The notes below the pieces were generated by a model. It saw only the letters and a list, made by a program, of their open reading frames with translations. It had not been told where the DNA came from and did no database searches. A program made the position numbers and the translations under genes. From assembly GCA_038213805.1 (NCBI GenBank), contig JBBQSO010000048.1, forward strand, positions 1 to 39,563: DNA of 39,563 nt, given 5' to 3'. Source of the DNA: Planctomycetota bacterium (GTDB lineage: Bacteria; Planctomycetota; UBA11346). Position 1 is the stretch's first letter. Every line of letters begins with the position of its first letter. Shown piece after piece: positions 9,055 to 17,623 of this stretch.

Positions 9055-10158
9055 TTAGATGACGAATCCAGGTGCGATGGCGGATCCGCCCTGTCCCGCG
9101 GCGATACCTCGCAGTTTCCGGATGGGTCCGGCATCGCTCCTATCTGGCGTCAATGAAGCTTTGATCTCCACTGGTATCAAGCCGCTTCCGCTCTCCAGGA
9201 CCACATCGATTTCAAGGCCATCGTTTGACCGCCACACCCAGAGGTTGTCGCGCCGTCCGCGATGGAGGCGAGTCTTGAGAATCTCCGATACACACCAGGT
9301 CTCAACGAGTGCGCCCCAATTGGGATGTGTGGTGACCTGTTGGAGGTCACTGATGTGCAGAAGTCGACAGGCGAGTCCGGAGTCGAGGAAGTAGAGTTTC
9401 GGTGCTTTGGTAATGCGCTTACCGAAGTTGCGATCATGAGGACGCAACAACCGGATGACGTAGCACGCCTCGAGGACGCCCAGCCACGCTGAAACCGTGT
9501 TGTGCTGAATGCCGATGGCTTGGCCGAGGCCGGACAGGTTGACCGCCTGCCCCGTGTAGGTGGCACAGAGTTGGATGAACCGACTGAACGCCAGGCGATC
9601 CCGGATTTCCAAAAGCTGTCGGACATCGCGGTCGATGAATGCGGCAATATACTGATCCAGCCAGCCATTGGGCTCGGGCGCAGTTTCATCGTAGAGACGG
9701 GGATACCCGCCGCGAAAGACCGCTTCGGCGAGGGTTCGTGGGCGACGGGTACTGGTGGTTAATTCGGCATGGGAAAATGGCAGCAACTCGAGGCGGATGA
9801 CACGTCCGGCCAGCGATTGAGCGAGGTTGCGTCCCAATTGGAGCTGATGCGATCCCGTTAGGATCCAACGTCCGCGTGAGCGATCGGCATCAACCCGGGC
9901 CTGGATGTAGGACATGAGCTCGGGAACGTGTTGCACTTCATCGAGAATCGCACCGTCTGGAAAGCGCGCGAGGAATTGCACAGGGTCTTGCGTCGCCTCT
10001 GCCCGCTCAAATGGATGTTCCAGGTTGACGTAGCGCAAATCCGGTGCAGCCGCCTCCGCGAGGACGGTTTTGCCGGATTGGCGCGGACCGGTAATGGCGA
10101 TTACCGGATAGGAGGCTCGGTGCCTGGGAACGAGGGGGGTGAGGGTGCGTGGAAGCAT
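9055..10158 (-). CDS. AAA+ ATPase with DUF4143 domain (AAA_14-DUF4143), probably truncated by a premature stop; original end 8971
   Basis: ITGPRQSGKT, ILDEVQ, ILTGS, GGYP, KAPKLYFLDSGL, GALVET, EIDVV...PVEIKAS. The frame continues after TAA as GGDD...LIPW. Confidence 0.9.
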   Translation of the reverse strand: MLPRTLTPLVPRHRASYPVIAITGPRQSGKTVLAEAAAPDLRYVNLEHPFERAEATQDPVQFLARFPDGAILDEVQHVPELMSYIQARVDADRSRGRWILTGSHQLQLGRNLAQSLAGRVIRLELLPFSHAELTTSTRRPRTLAEAVFRGGYPRLYDETAPEPNGWLDQYIAAFIDRDVRQLLEIRDRLAFSRFIQLCATYTGQAVNLSGLGQAIGIQHNTVSAWLGVLEACYVIRLLRPHDRNFGKRITKAPKLYFLDSGLACRLLHISDLQQVTTHPNWGALVETWCVSEILKTRLHRGRRDNLWVWRSNDGLEIDVVLESGSGLIPVEIKASLTPDRSDAGPIRKLRGIAAGQGGSAIAPGFVI

Positions 10159-10164
10159 CTCGGC

Positions 10165-10197
10165 AATATGGTAATCCTATTGACAATTTGCATAGGA
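10165..10197 (-). promoter_or_regulatory. Putative promoter with overlapping inverted repeat upstream of the AAA/DUF4143 gene
   Basis: Minus strand reads ATGCAA-17 nt-CATATT a few nt before the ATG. Inverted repeat TCCTAT-N11-ATAGGA at 10175-10197. Confidence 0.4.
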
Positions 10198-10567
10198 AAT
10201 CCCTGAAAAGTCGTAACTTATTGCAATTACTACTTTAATGTAATTCTAAATTAGCGCATATGCTTTTGCGGCGAGGTAAAGGGCTTTGTGGAACTGAACC
10301 ATTGGCTTGGCGACGCGCCGCTCAACCTGCCTGACGGCGGGCAAGCCAGCAATCTCTTATCCGAATCTGTGGATACCTAGCGGTGGGCGCCCTCCCGGTA
10401 CCTAAAATGGACGCCATCGCACGCTCAGAGCCAACTTGCCACCGCTCTCCGAGGCCATCCCTCGGCGAACATTCCAGGCATGACCCGCGCGCCGTGAGAT
10501 ACCCAATGATTCGCACCTGAGATGCCTCGGGCGATTACCCAGGCTGGGCGAATATGATCACAACGCC

Positions 10568-10589
10568 TGGGGAACACTTTGGGGAACAC
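10568..10589. repeat. Tandem direct repeat TGGGGAACAC x2 (possible integrase arm-type sites)
   Basis: Exact 10-mers at 10568-10577 and 10580-10589, about 60 bp beyond the tRNA 3' end. Confidence 0.5.
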
Positions 10590-10608
10590 ACCGTCAACCC
10601 TAGAAACG

Positions 10609-10641
10609 AAAAAACCCCTGTAAGCCATTGGCCTACAGGGG
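10609..10641 (-). terminator. Hairpin/terminator downstream of tRNA-Val
   Basis: CCCCTGTA-AGCCATTGGCC-TACAGGGG stem, followed on the minus strand by T6. Confidence 0.75.
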
Positions 10642-10649
10642 CTTATCTT

Positions 10650-10726
10650 TGGTACCCGATAGTGGACTTGAACCACTGACCCCCACCATGTCAAGGTGGT
10701 GCTCTAGCCAACTGAGCTAATCGAGT
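10650..10726 (-). tRNA. tRNA-Val(GAC)
   Basis: Reverse complement folds as ACTCGAT-TA-GCTC AGTTGGCTA GAGC-A-CCACC TTGACAT GGTGG-GGGTC-AGTGG TTCAAGT CCACT-ATCGGGT-A-CCA. Confidence 0.97.
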
Positions 10727-10746
10727 ATATCGGCGATGCGGCGCAG

Positions 10747-10774
10747 AGGATGGCGTGTCGAGCGCCGCCGTCAA
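10747..10774 (-). promoter_or_regulatory. Putative sigma70 promoter of tRNA-Val
   Basis: TTGACG-16 nt-CATCCT followed by a GC-rich discriminator, about 20 nt upstream of the tRNA. Confidence 0.55.
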
Positions 10775-10915
10775 GGCGTTCGCGCAGCTGGCGGGGCGAA
10801 AGCTATAAAATGTTGATGTAACACATGTTAATAGATGGGCCAGCTTCCAGCTCGTGGCTCCAAGGGCGCGCGTTTGCAGGCGCGCATTCCAGCAGCGGGG
10901 CGGACGCGACGCGCC

Positions 10916-11368
10916 TCACCCCGCCTTCACCAGCACCACCCCACCGAGCAGCATCCCCGCACCCGCCAGCTTCGCGAGACTGAACTCGTGCACCGGCAGG
11001 CCCATCAGACCCCAGTGGTCGATCAGCAGCGTGCCGAGGAGCTGGCCCGCGACCACACAGGCGATCATGGTCGCGGCGCCCAGGCGGGGGGCGACGATGA
11101 TAACCATCGACACGAACAGCGCGCCCATCAGGCCGCCCAACCAAGACCACCACGGCGCCTGGGCGAGGCCGCTCAGCGGAGGCAGCGGCACGCGCATGCC
11201 GGCGCAGGTGATGAGCAGCAGCACCAGACCGACCACGAACGACGCCACCGCTGCCCACAGGGTGTGACCGGTCCACAGCTTGAGCTGGGTGTTCATGCCG
11301 GTCTGCATGGCGAGCAGCACGCCGCCAATGAGCGAGGCCGCGAGGCAGAGGACGATCTTGGGATCCAT
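10916..11368 (-). CDS. DMT family transporter (YdcZ/DUF606-like)
   Basis: QTGMNTQL, SFVVG, PWWSWLGGLMGA, GQLLGTLLIDHWG; hydrophobic throughout. Confidence 0.9.
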   Translation of the reverse strand: MDPKIVLCLAASLIGGVLLAMQTGMNTQLKLWTGHTLWAAVASFVVGLVLLLITCAGMRVPLPPLSGLAQAPWWSWLGGLMGALFVSMVIIVAPRLGAATMIACVVAGQLLGTLLIDHWGLMGLPVHEFSLAKLAGAGMLLGGVVLVKAG

Positions 11369-11734
11369 CAAGGCACCGGAGGGAAAGAAGTGGACGGCAG
11401 GAGGGCCAGAGCACGGGCGACAGGGAGAGCAGGAGAACGGAGACCGGCGACTACGGACAACCTCCATGCAGGCCCGGTTCCTTCAAGAGCCATAGGCCAG
11501 ATTCCGCCCTCACGCTGAGGCCCTGCACCGGTAAATCGCGTGTTTCCGCACCATGCGGGCCACTTCGCGCAGCGCAATTCACCGCTCGCCCTCCTTCCCT
11601 CGTGCTTCCCCTGCCTTCTCTTCCGCCCTGCCTCCTTCCCGCGTCCTCCAAGGTTGAGCAGACTTCCACGCCACGTGGCACCTGTCCTTGCCCTGCCGTC
11701 ACCGCCCGGTGTCATCCGCGTCCCGGAGGCCGCC

Positions 11735-12163
11735 ATGTCCCATCCCGTCCAGAATTATGCCAACCACCGCCGGATCCCGCCAGTGCACCTCGCGGCAGGC
11801 GTGATCCTGCTGATCGAGCTGGGGTGGCATTGCTGGCACATCTTCCACGGCGACAACGTGCACTTCCTGGGCGCGGCGGCCAACCTGGCGGTGCTCAGCA
11901 TCTGGCACGCCTCGCGGCGCAACGCGCAGATCATGCAGGATCGCATCATCCGCCTGGAGATGCAGGTGCGCCTGGCACGCCTGCTGCCGGTGGAACGCCA
12001 CGCCGAAATCGCGCGCCTGACCCTGCCGCAGCTGGTCGGCCTGCGCTTTGCCGGCGACACGGAGCTGCCCGCACTGGTCCAGAAGACGCTGGCCGAGAAT
12101 CTCGGCAGCAACGCGATCAAACGCCTGGTCACCGACTGGCAGCCCGACTGGCTGCGCGTGTGA
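11735..12163 (+). CDS. DUF6526-like small membrane protein
   Basis: QNYANHRR...QDRIIRLEM...QLVGLRFAGDTEL...WQPDWLRV; GGAGG RBS. Confidence 0.75.
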   Translation: MSHPVQNYANHRRIPPVHLAAGVILLIELGWHCWHIFHGDNVHFLGAAANLAVLSIWHASRRNAQIMQDRIIRLEMQVRLARLLPVERHAEIARLTLPQLVGLRFAGDTELPALVQKTLAENLGSNAIKRLVTDWQPDWLRV

Positions 12164-12236
12164 GCGGCGTCGACGGCACAGCGGCGGATCGCACATGACC
12201 AAGGGACTGAAGGCCGAAGGCCGCGGGAGAGCCGGA

Positions 12237-14084
12237 ATGGCCGACGACAAGGACAAGAAGAAACGCCCGATCCGCTGGTCGGCCGCCTGGGGCGAGGCGC
12301 GCGTGCTGCTCGCGGCCCACCGCGGGCGGCTGGCCTTCGGGCTCGGAGTGCTGGTCATCGACCGCGCGCTGGGCTTCGCCCTGCCGGCCAGTTCGAAGGT
12401 GCTGATGGACTATGTGGTCCGCGACCACCGCAATGATTTGCTGCTGCCGCTCGCCATCGGCGTCGGCGCCGCGGCGGTGCTGGGCGCGGGCACCTCGTAC
12501 GCGCTCTCGCAGGTGCTGGGGGTGGCCGCGCAGAAGGCCATCACCGACATGCGCAAGACCGTCCAGGCCCACATCCTGCGCCTGCCGGTGCGCTACTTCG
12601 ACGAGCACCAGTCCGGAGCGCTGATCTCGCGCATCATGACCGACGCGGAAGGCGTGCGCAATCTGGTCGGCAATGGCATCGTGCTGCTGGTCGGCGGCCT
12701 GTTCTCGGCACTGGTCGCCACCAGCGTGCTGTTCTACCTGAACTGGCACCTGACGGCTTTCATCCTGGTCGCCCTGGCGGTGTTCGGCGGCTGCATGGCC
12801 ATGGCCTTCACCCGCCTGCGCCCGCTGTTCCGCGAACGCGGCAAGATCAACGCGGAAGTCACCGCTCGCCTGGCCGAGACCCTCGGCGGCATCCGCATCG
12901 TCAAGGCCTACACCGCCGAGCCGCGCGAGCGCACGGTGTTCGCCAGCGGCGTCGACCGGCTGTTCGCCAACGTGCGCAACTCGATCACCGGGGTGTCCGC
13001 GGTCACCGCGGTCTCGACCATGATCATCGGCGCGATCGGCGTGGTGATGATCGTCTTCGGCGGCAACGCCATGCTCGCCGGCACCATGTCCACCGGCGAC
13101 TTCATCTTCTACCTGGCGCTGGTCGCGATGGTCGCCGCGCCGATGATCCAAATCACCTCGATCGGCACGCAGATCACCGAGGCCTTCGCCGGTCTCGACC
13201 GCATCAGCGAGATCCGCCAGCTCGCCACCGAGGACGCTGGCGACGAGGCGCGCGCGCCCTGTCCGACGGTGGAGGGGACGATCGCGTTCCGCGAGGTCGG
13301 CTTCTCGTACCAGGAAGGCGTGCCGGTTCTCAAGGGCGTCTCGTTCGACACCCCGGCGGGAACCACCACCGCGCTGGTCGGCTCGAGCGGTTCGGGCAAG
13401 AGCACGCTGGTCAGCCTGATCATGGCCTTCAACCGCGCGCAGTCCGGCAGCGTGACCATCGACGGGCGCGAGCTGGCGGGGCTGCGCCTGCGCGACTACC
13501 GCAGCAAACTGGGCGTGGTCATGCAGGACAACTTCCTGTTTGACGGCTCGGTCGCCGAGAACATCAGCTTCGGGAAGCCCGAGGCGACGCGCGACGAGGT
13601 CCTGGCAGCGGCGCGCATCGCCAACTGCGACGAGTTCGTACGCGGCTTCGAAAAGGGCTACGACACCGTGGTCGGCGAGCGCGGCGTGCGTTTGTCCGGC
13701 GGCCAGCGGCAGCGCATCGCCATCGCGCGCGCCCTGCTCGCCGACCCGCGCATCCTGATCCTGGACGAGGCGACCTCAGCGCTGGACAGCGAGAGCGAGG
13801 CGGCCATCCAGGCCGGCCTGCAGGCGCTGCGCAAGGGCCGCACTACCTTCGTCATCGCCCACCGCCTGTCGACCATCCGCGAGGCCGACCAGATCCTGGT
13901 GCTGGAGGCCGGGGCGATCGTCGAGCGCGGCACCCACGAGCAGCTGATGGCCAACGAGGGGCGCTACCGCCAGCTCCACGACCGCCAATACCGCTTTGAG
14001 CGGGAGCGCTACCTCAACCCGGGAGAAGAGCCTGCGGCAGAGGGACGTGGAGCGCGACACGGCCCGACGTCGCAGCAAGCGTGA
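12237..14084 (+). CDS. ABC transporter fused permease/ATP-binding protein (MsbA-like exporter)
   Basis: TM domain plus GSSGSGKS, LSGGQRQR, ILILDEATS, IAHRLST. Alternative start at 12195. Confidence 0.95.
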   Translation: MADDKDKKKRPIRWSAAWGEARVLLAAHRGRLAFGLGVLVIDRALGFALPASSKVLMDYVVRDHRNDLLLPLAIGVGAAAVLGAGTSYALSQVLGVAAQKAITDMRKTVQAHILRLPVRYFDEHQSGALISRIMTDAEGVRNLVGNGIVLLVGGLFSALVATSVLFYLNWHLTAFILVALAVFGGCMAMAFTRLRPLFRERGKINAEVTARLAETLGGIRIVKAYTAEPRERTVFASGVDRLFANVRNSITGVSAVTAVSTMIIGAIGVVMIVFGGNAMLAGTMSTGDFIFYLALVAMVAAPMIQITSIGTQITEAFAGLDRISEIRQLATEDAGDEARAPCPTVEGTIAFREVGFSYQEGVPVLKGVSFDTPAGTTTALVGSSGSGKSTLVSLIMAFNRAQSGSVTIDGRELAGLRLRDYRSKLGVVMQDNFLFDGSVAENISFGKPEATRDEVLAAARIANCDEFVRGFEKGYDTVVGERGVRLSGGQRQRIAIARALLADPRILILDEATSALDSESEAAIQAGLQALRKGRTTFVIAHRLSTIREADQILVLEAGAIVERGTHEQLMANEGRYRQLHDRQYRFERERYLNPGEEPAAEGRGARHGPTSQQA

Positions 14085-14193
14085 AACCGGACGCGTCGCA
14101 CTGACCTTGACCCCGGCCCGGGCATCCATGCCTTGTGCGGGCTGTCGCAGACGCCAAGAATGGGCGTTAAGGTCCACCCCCGGGAGCACCACC

Positions 14194-15180
14194 ATGCGCC
14201 ATTTGCACGCCCGCCCCCTGGTCCTGAGCACCGCGGTGGCCCTCGCCACCCTGCTGATCGGCGGCCGGGCCGAGGCGCTGGTGCCCCTCGAAAACGTCAC
14301 CTGGGCCGACGGCATCGCCCAGCCCACCCCGGTCGGCGTGGCCCGGCGCGTCCAACTCTACTTCATCATCGATTGCAGCGAAGAGCCCGGCAAGCAGCTC
14401 TACTACGGCGCGCAGGGCAACATCAAGCAGCCGCGCTGGGAGAACAAATACGAGATTCTCCATTTCCTGGTCAGCAGCGGCGGCGGCACCATGCCGGCGC
14501 GCAACGACGCCGACACCGAATGGGCCGACCGCGGCACCGACTCCACCACCGGCCTGCTGCGCGCCATCGCCGGCGATGCCATCGGGGCGTACATCCTGGT
14601 CGACGGCAGCGGCCGCATCGCCGAGGTCGGGCGTCTGAACGTCGATGACGCGAACAAGAAGGCCGAGAAGCTTTTCAAGGGCACCCAACCGCTGGTCGAC
14701 GACGAATCCCAGCTGCCGCTGGCGACCAAGCCGCTGTTCAAGTGGCTCAAGCTCGGCGACACCCACAGCTACCAGAAGTCGCTCGGCAAGTACGGGCCCG
14801 CGGGCATGCAGTTCCAGCAATTCGTCGCCAAGGGCACCACGCGCCTGCTCGAATCGGACGCCGCACTGCTCAGCGATCCCGCGACCACTCCCGACGCCAA
14901 GCTGATCGCCCTGCAGCGCGCGACCGCGGTCGCCCAGGAGGCGCCGCCAAGCAAGTCATTCACCGCCGTGCTCAAGGGTCTCAAGACCGACAAGACCCTC
15001 AAGCATGAGCAGGAGGCCTGGGAGGTGCTCAAGCAGTACCTAGCCGAGGCGCGCAAGACCCCGCTCAAGAAGATCAGCGACAAGCAGCACGAGTGGTTCC
15101 CGCTCTTCGACACGAAGTACAAGGGCACCTACGCCGCCGAGATCGTCGACAAGATCAAGAGCGCGTCGCGCTACGAGTGA
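14194..15180 (+). CDS. Secreted hypothetical protein
   Basis: Signal-peptide-like start MRHLHARPLVLSTAVALATLLIGGRAEA; GGGAG RBS; GC3-biased codons. Confidence 0.75.
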   Translation: MRHLHARPLVLSTAVALATLLIGGRAEALVPLENVTWADGIAQPTPVGVARRVQLYFIIDCSEEPGKQLYYGAQGNIKQPRWENKYEILHFLVSSGGGTMPARNDADTEWADRGTDSTTGLLRAIAGDAIGAYILVDGSGRIAEVGRLNVDDANKKAEKLFKGTQPLVDDESQLPLATKPLFKWLKLGDTHSYQKSLGKYGPAGMQFQQFVAKGTTRLLESDAALLSDPATTPDAKLIALQRATAVAQEAPPSKSFTAVLKGLKTDKTLKHEQEAWEVLKQYLAEARKTPLKKISDKQHEWFPLFDTKYKGTYAAEIVDKIKSASRYE

Positions 15181-15295
15181 GCGGGGGCTGGGCAGCCCCG
15201 TTCGCGGTGCTCGCGACGCGCAGCGCCCGGCCTGGTTTTCCCGGAAGGGTGGATGGGGCCGCCTCCCAAAAGTGACATTCCGGCTCAGTCGCCAA

Positions 15296-16138
15296 TCACG
15301 GCTTCGCGCCCTTGACCACCTCGAGCAGCGCTGCGAAATCATGCTCGCCGCGACCCTGCGCCTCGGCCTCGGCGTAAGCGCGCTCAACCGTCGCGGTCTG
15401 GTCGAGACGCAGGCCGAGAGAGCCGGCCAGCGCCAGCGCCAGGCGAAGGTCCTTGTGCATGTGCTTCACCGAGAACTGCGGGCTGTAGTCGCCGGCCAGA
15501 TACTTCGGCTTCTTGAGATCGACCAGCGGCGAGCGCCCGACATTGAAATCGAAGGCCGCAAAGAAGGTCTCGGACGGGATGCCGGCGCGGGTGGCGAGGG
15601 TCAGGGCTTCGCACTGCGCCTGGTTGAGGTTGGCGATGAGCAGGTTGAAGGCGAGCTTGATCGCCATCGCCTGGCCGATGGCGCCGATCGGCAGCACCGC
15701 CTTGGCGAGGCGCGCGTAGACCGGGGCGACCTTGGCGAGGACCGCCTCATCCCCGCCCACGAAAAAGACGTTCTGGCGCTGCTCGGCTGCCGGCTTGCTG
15801 CCGGTGAAGGGCATGTCGAGGAAAGCCGCGCCGCGACCTGCAACCAGGGCCGCGTAGGCGTGGGTGTCCTCGACCCCGACGGTGCTGTGCTGCGCAACCA
15901 CCATGCCCGGGGTCAGCACGGGGGCGATGCGCGCCAGCACCTCAGCCACCGCCGGCGGGTCGGCGACCACGATCGCCACCAGTTCCGCGCCCGTGACCGC
16001 CGCGACCAGGTCGGCCGTGGCCCCCGGCGCCTGCGGCTTGAAGGTGCGGTTCCAGGTCCGCACCGCGTGCCCGTCCTTTGCCAGATGGGCGGCCCACACG
16101 CCGCCGATGATGCCCAGGCCGAGGACGGTGATGCGCAT
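15296..16138 (-). CDS. NAD(P)-dependent oxidoreductase, 3-hydroxyisobutyrate dehydrogenase/6PGD family
   Basis: VLGLGIIG, WNRT, FLDMPFTGS, KLAFN, FSVKHMHKDLRLA; AGGAG RBS. Confidence 0.92.
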   Translation of the reverse strand: MRITVLGLGIIGGVWAAHLAKDGHAVRTWNRTFKPQAPGATADLVAAVTGAELVAIVVADPPAVAEVLARIAPVLTPGMVVAQHSTVGVEDTHAYAALVAGRGAAFLDMPFTGSKPAAEQRQNVFFVGGDEAVLAKVAPVYARLAKAVLPIGAIGQAMAIKLAFNLLIANLNQAQCEALTLATRAGIPSETFFAAFDFNVGRSPLVDLKKPKYLAGDYSPQFSVKHMHKDLRLALALAGSLGLRLDQTATVERAYAEAEAQGRGEHDFAALLEVVKGAKP

Positions 16139-16304
16139 GGCTGACTCCTGTGCGCGGAAGCGTAATGACCTCGGGCCCGAAGACACGTGGCGCTGCCCAC
16201 ACGTCGCCAGAGCCGGAAGCCCTTGTCCGGCGTCATAAACCGCTGCAGAGGTCGACACCCTATCCATTTGCCCGTCGGCCGTCCGCCCGCATCCTGGCCG
16301 CGCC

Positions 16305-16946
16305 ATGGCTGAGGGACCGTACCCGTTTTTCATCGATTTGGAGGCCACCGGATTCGGGCCCGAGTCCCACCCCATCGAGGTCGCCTGGAGCGACGGCACG
16401 GGCGAGATCACGCGCTATCTTATCAACCCCGCCAGCGTGCCAGGCTGGGATGCCTGGGATGCGGATGCGGAACTGGTGCACGGACTCGAGCGCACGCGGC
16501 TGATCCGCAATGGCTGGCCTGCGGATTTCGTTGCTGAGCGGGTGGCCGAGGCGCTCGGCGGGCATCGCATCTACAGTGATGCCCCCGATTACGATGAGCG
16601 TTGGCTGGGCCGGTTGTTCACCGCCGTTGGCAGGCCACTGCCGGTGCGTCTCCACCACGTCGACGAGTTGCTGCTCGCGACCATGCGCCGACCCAGCGAG
16701 TTCATCTGGCAGGTGGTGGCGCGCATCGACGCACTTAAGCAGCAGGTCAAGGCGCTGAGCTCAGGCAAGCACTCCGCCGGCTATGACGTCGGCTATCTGG
16801 TGCAGCTCTGGCGCCTGGCCAACGGCCACCAGGTGAAGATGAATCACGGCATCGGGCCACTGCCGGACACCACCAAGACCGGGACCTTCGAACGGGTCAA
16901 GATGCGGGAGCGCGCTGCGCGCCAGACCCTGGATCCGAGTCCCTAG
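16305..16946 (+). CDS. DEDD/DnaQ-like 3'-5' exonuclease-family protein
   Basis: ExoI FIDLEATG, PIEVAW, VHG, SDAPDYDERWL, ExoIII HSAGYDV. Confidence 0.75.
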   Translation: MAEGPYPFFIDLEATGFGPESHPIEVAWSDGTGEITRYLINPASVPGWDAWDADAELVHGLERTRLIRNGWPADFVAERVAEALGGHRIYSDAPDYDERWLGRLFTAVGRPLPVRLHHVDELLLATMRRPSEFIWQVVARIDALKQQVKALSSGKHSAGYDVGYLVQLWRLANGHQVKMNHGIGPLPDTTKTGTFERVKMRERAARQTLDPSP

Positions 16947-17086
16947 TTCTCAGGGACAGCCGGCGCGGACCGCGCGCCAGGTGCCAGGGCCCCGAGGCGC
17001 AACGTCGCATCAGCGAGCGGACGCGAGCTGCGGGTTTCGCGTGCTGGCGGGCAGCGATTCAGCATTCCTGAATTCCCATGCGTGAT

Positions 17087-17623
17087 TCAGGTCGCGGCAA
17101 CCCCATAGCGCTCACGCAGCACGCCCAGGTGATGCGCTGCGTGCCCGGCGGCGATGTAGGCGAGGGCGCGCGGAGTAAGCTCAGCCGCGTTGACCGTGCC
17201 GCGCTTGAGCCATGCGGCGGCGGGCATATGGCGGAACAGCGTGAGCGTGGCCTGGCGCACCTGGCCGAACTCGCGCAGCAGGGCGGCCATGGGCAGCGCG
17301 TCGTGGCCGGCGGCGGCCACGTAGGCGTCTTCGTCGAACCCGGGCAGCGGCGCACGTTCGCCGCGCGCAATGCACAGCGCGCGCATCGTGAAGATGCGCT
17401 CGGCGTCGCTGAGGTGGCCGATGATCTGGCGGACGCTCCATTTGCCTGGGGCATAGCGGTGACCGGCGGCGGCCTCGTCGAGGCGGCCGAGGACGACCTC
17501 GAACTCGACCGCCTGGTCGCGCAGGAAGGCGATGACGTCGTCGCCGGCGACGGCGGCGATGTAGCGGACATGGTAGGGCGCGTGTTCGCTCGCCTCGGGT
17601 CGGGCTAGGGCGGGATTCGTCAT
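17087..17623 (-). CDS. DinB family protein
   Basis: RYAPGKWSVRQIIGHLSDAERIF, LPGFDEDAY, GHAAHH. Alternative start at 17635. Confidence 0.9.
   Translation of the reverse strand: MTNPALARPEASEHAPYHVRYIAAVAGDDVIAFLRDQAVEFEVVLGRLDEAAAGHRYAPGKWSVRQIIGHLSDAERIFTMRALCIARGERAPLPGFDEDAYVAAAGHDALPMAALLREFGQVRQATLTLFRHMPAAAWLKRGTVNAAELTPRALAYIAAGHAAHHLGVLRERYGVAAT

Noticed and set aside
9929..9949. TGTTGCACTTCATCGAGAATC resembles an inverted copy of the IS30-like end at 4221-4242, suggesting a composite element
   Set aside because: It lies within the conserved Walker B codons (ILDEVQH) of an intact reading frame, so it is most likely coincidence.
11371..11650. Purine-rich then pyrimidine-rich tracts in the DMT/DUF6526 intergenic region
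   Set aside because: No convincing contiguous inverted match; treated as compositional skew of divergent 5' leaders.
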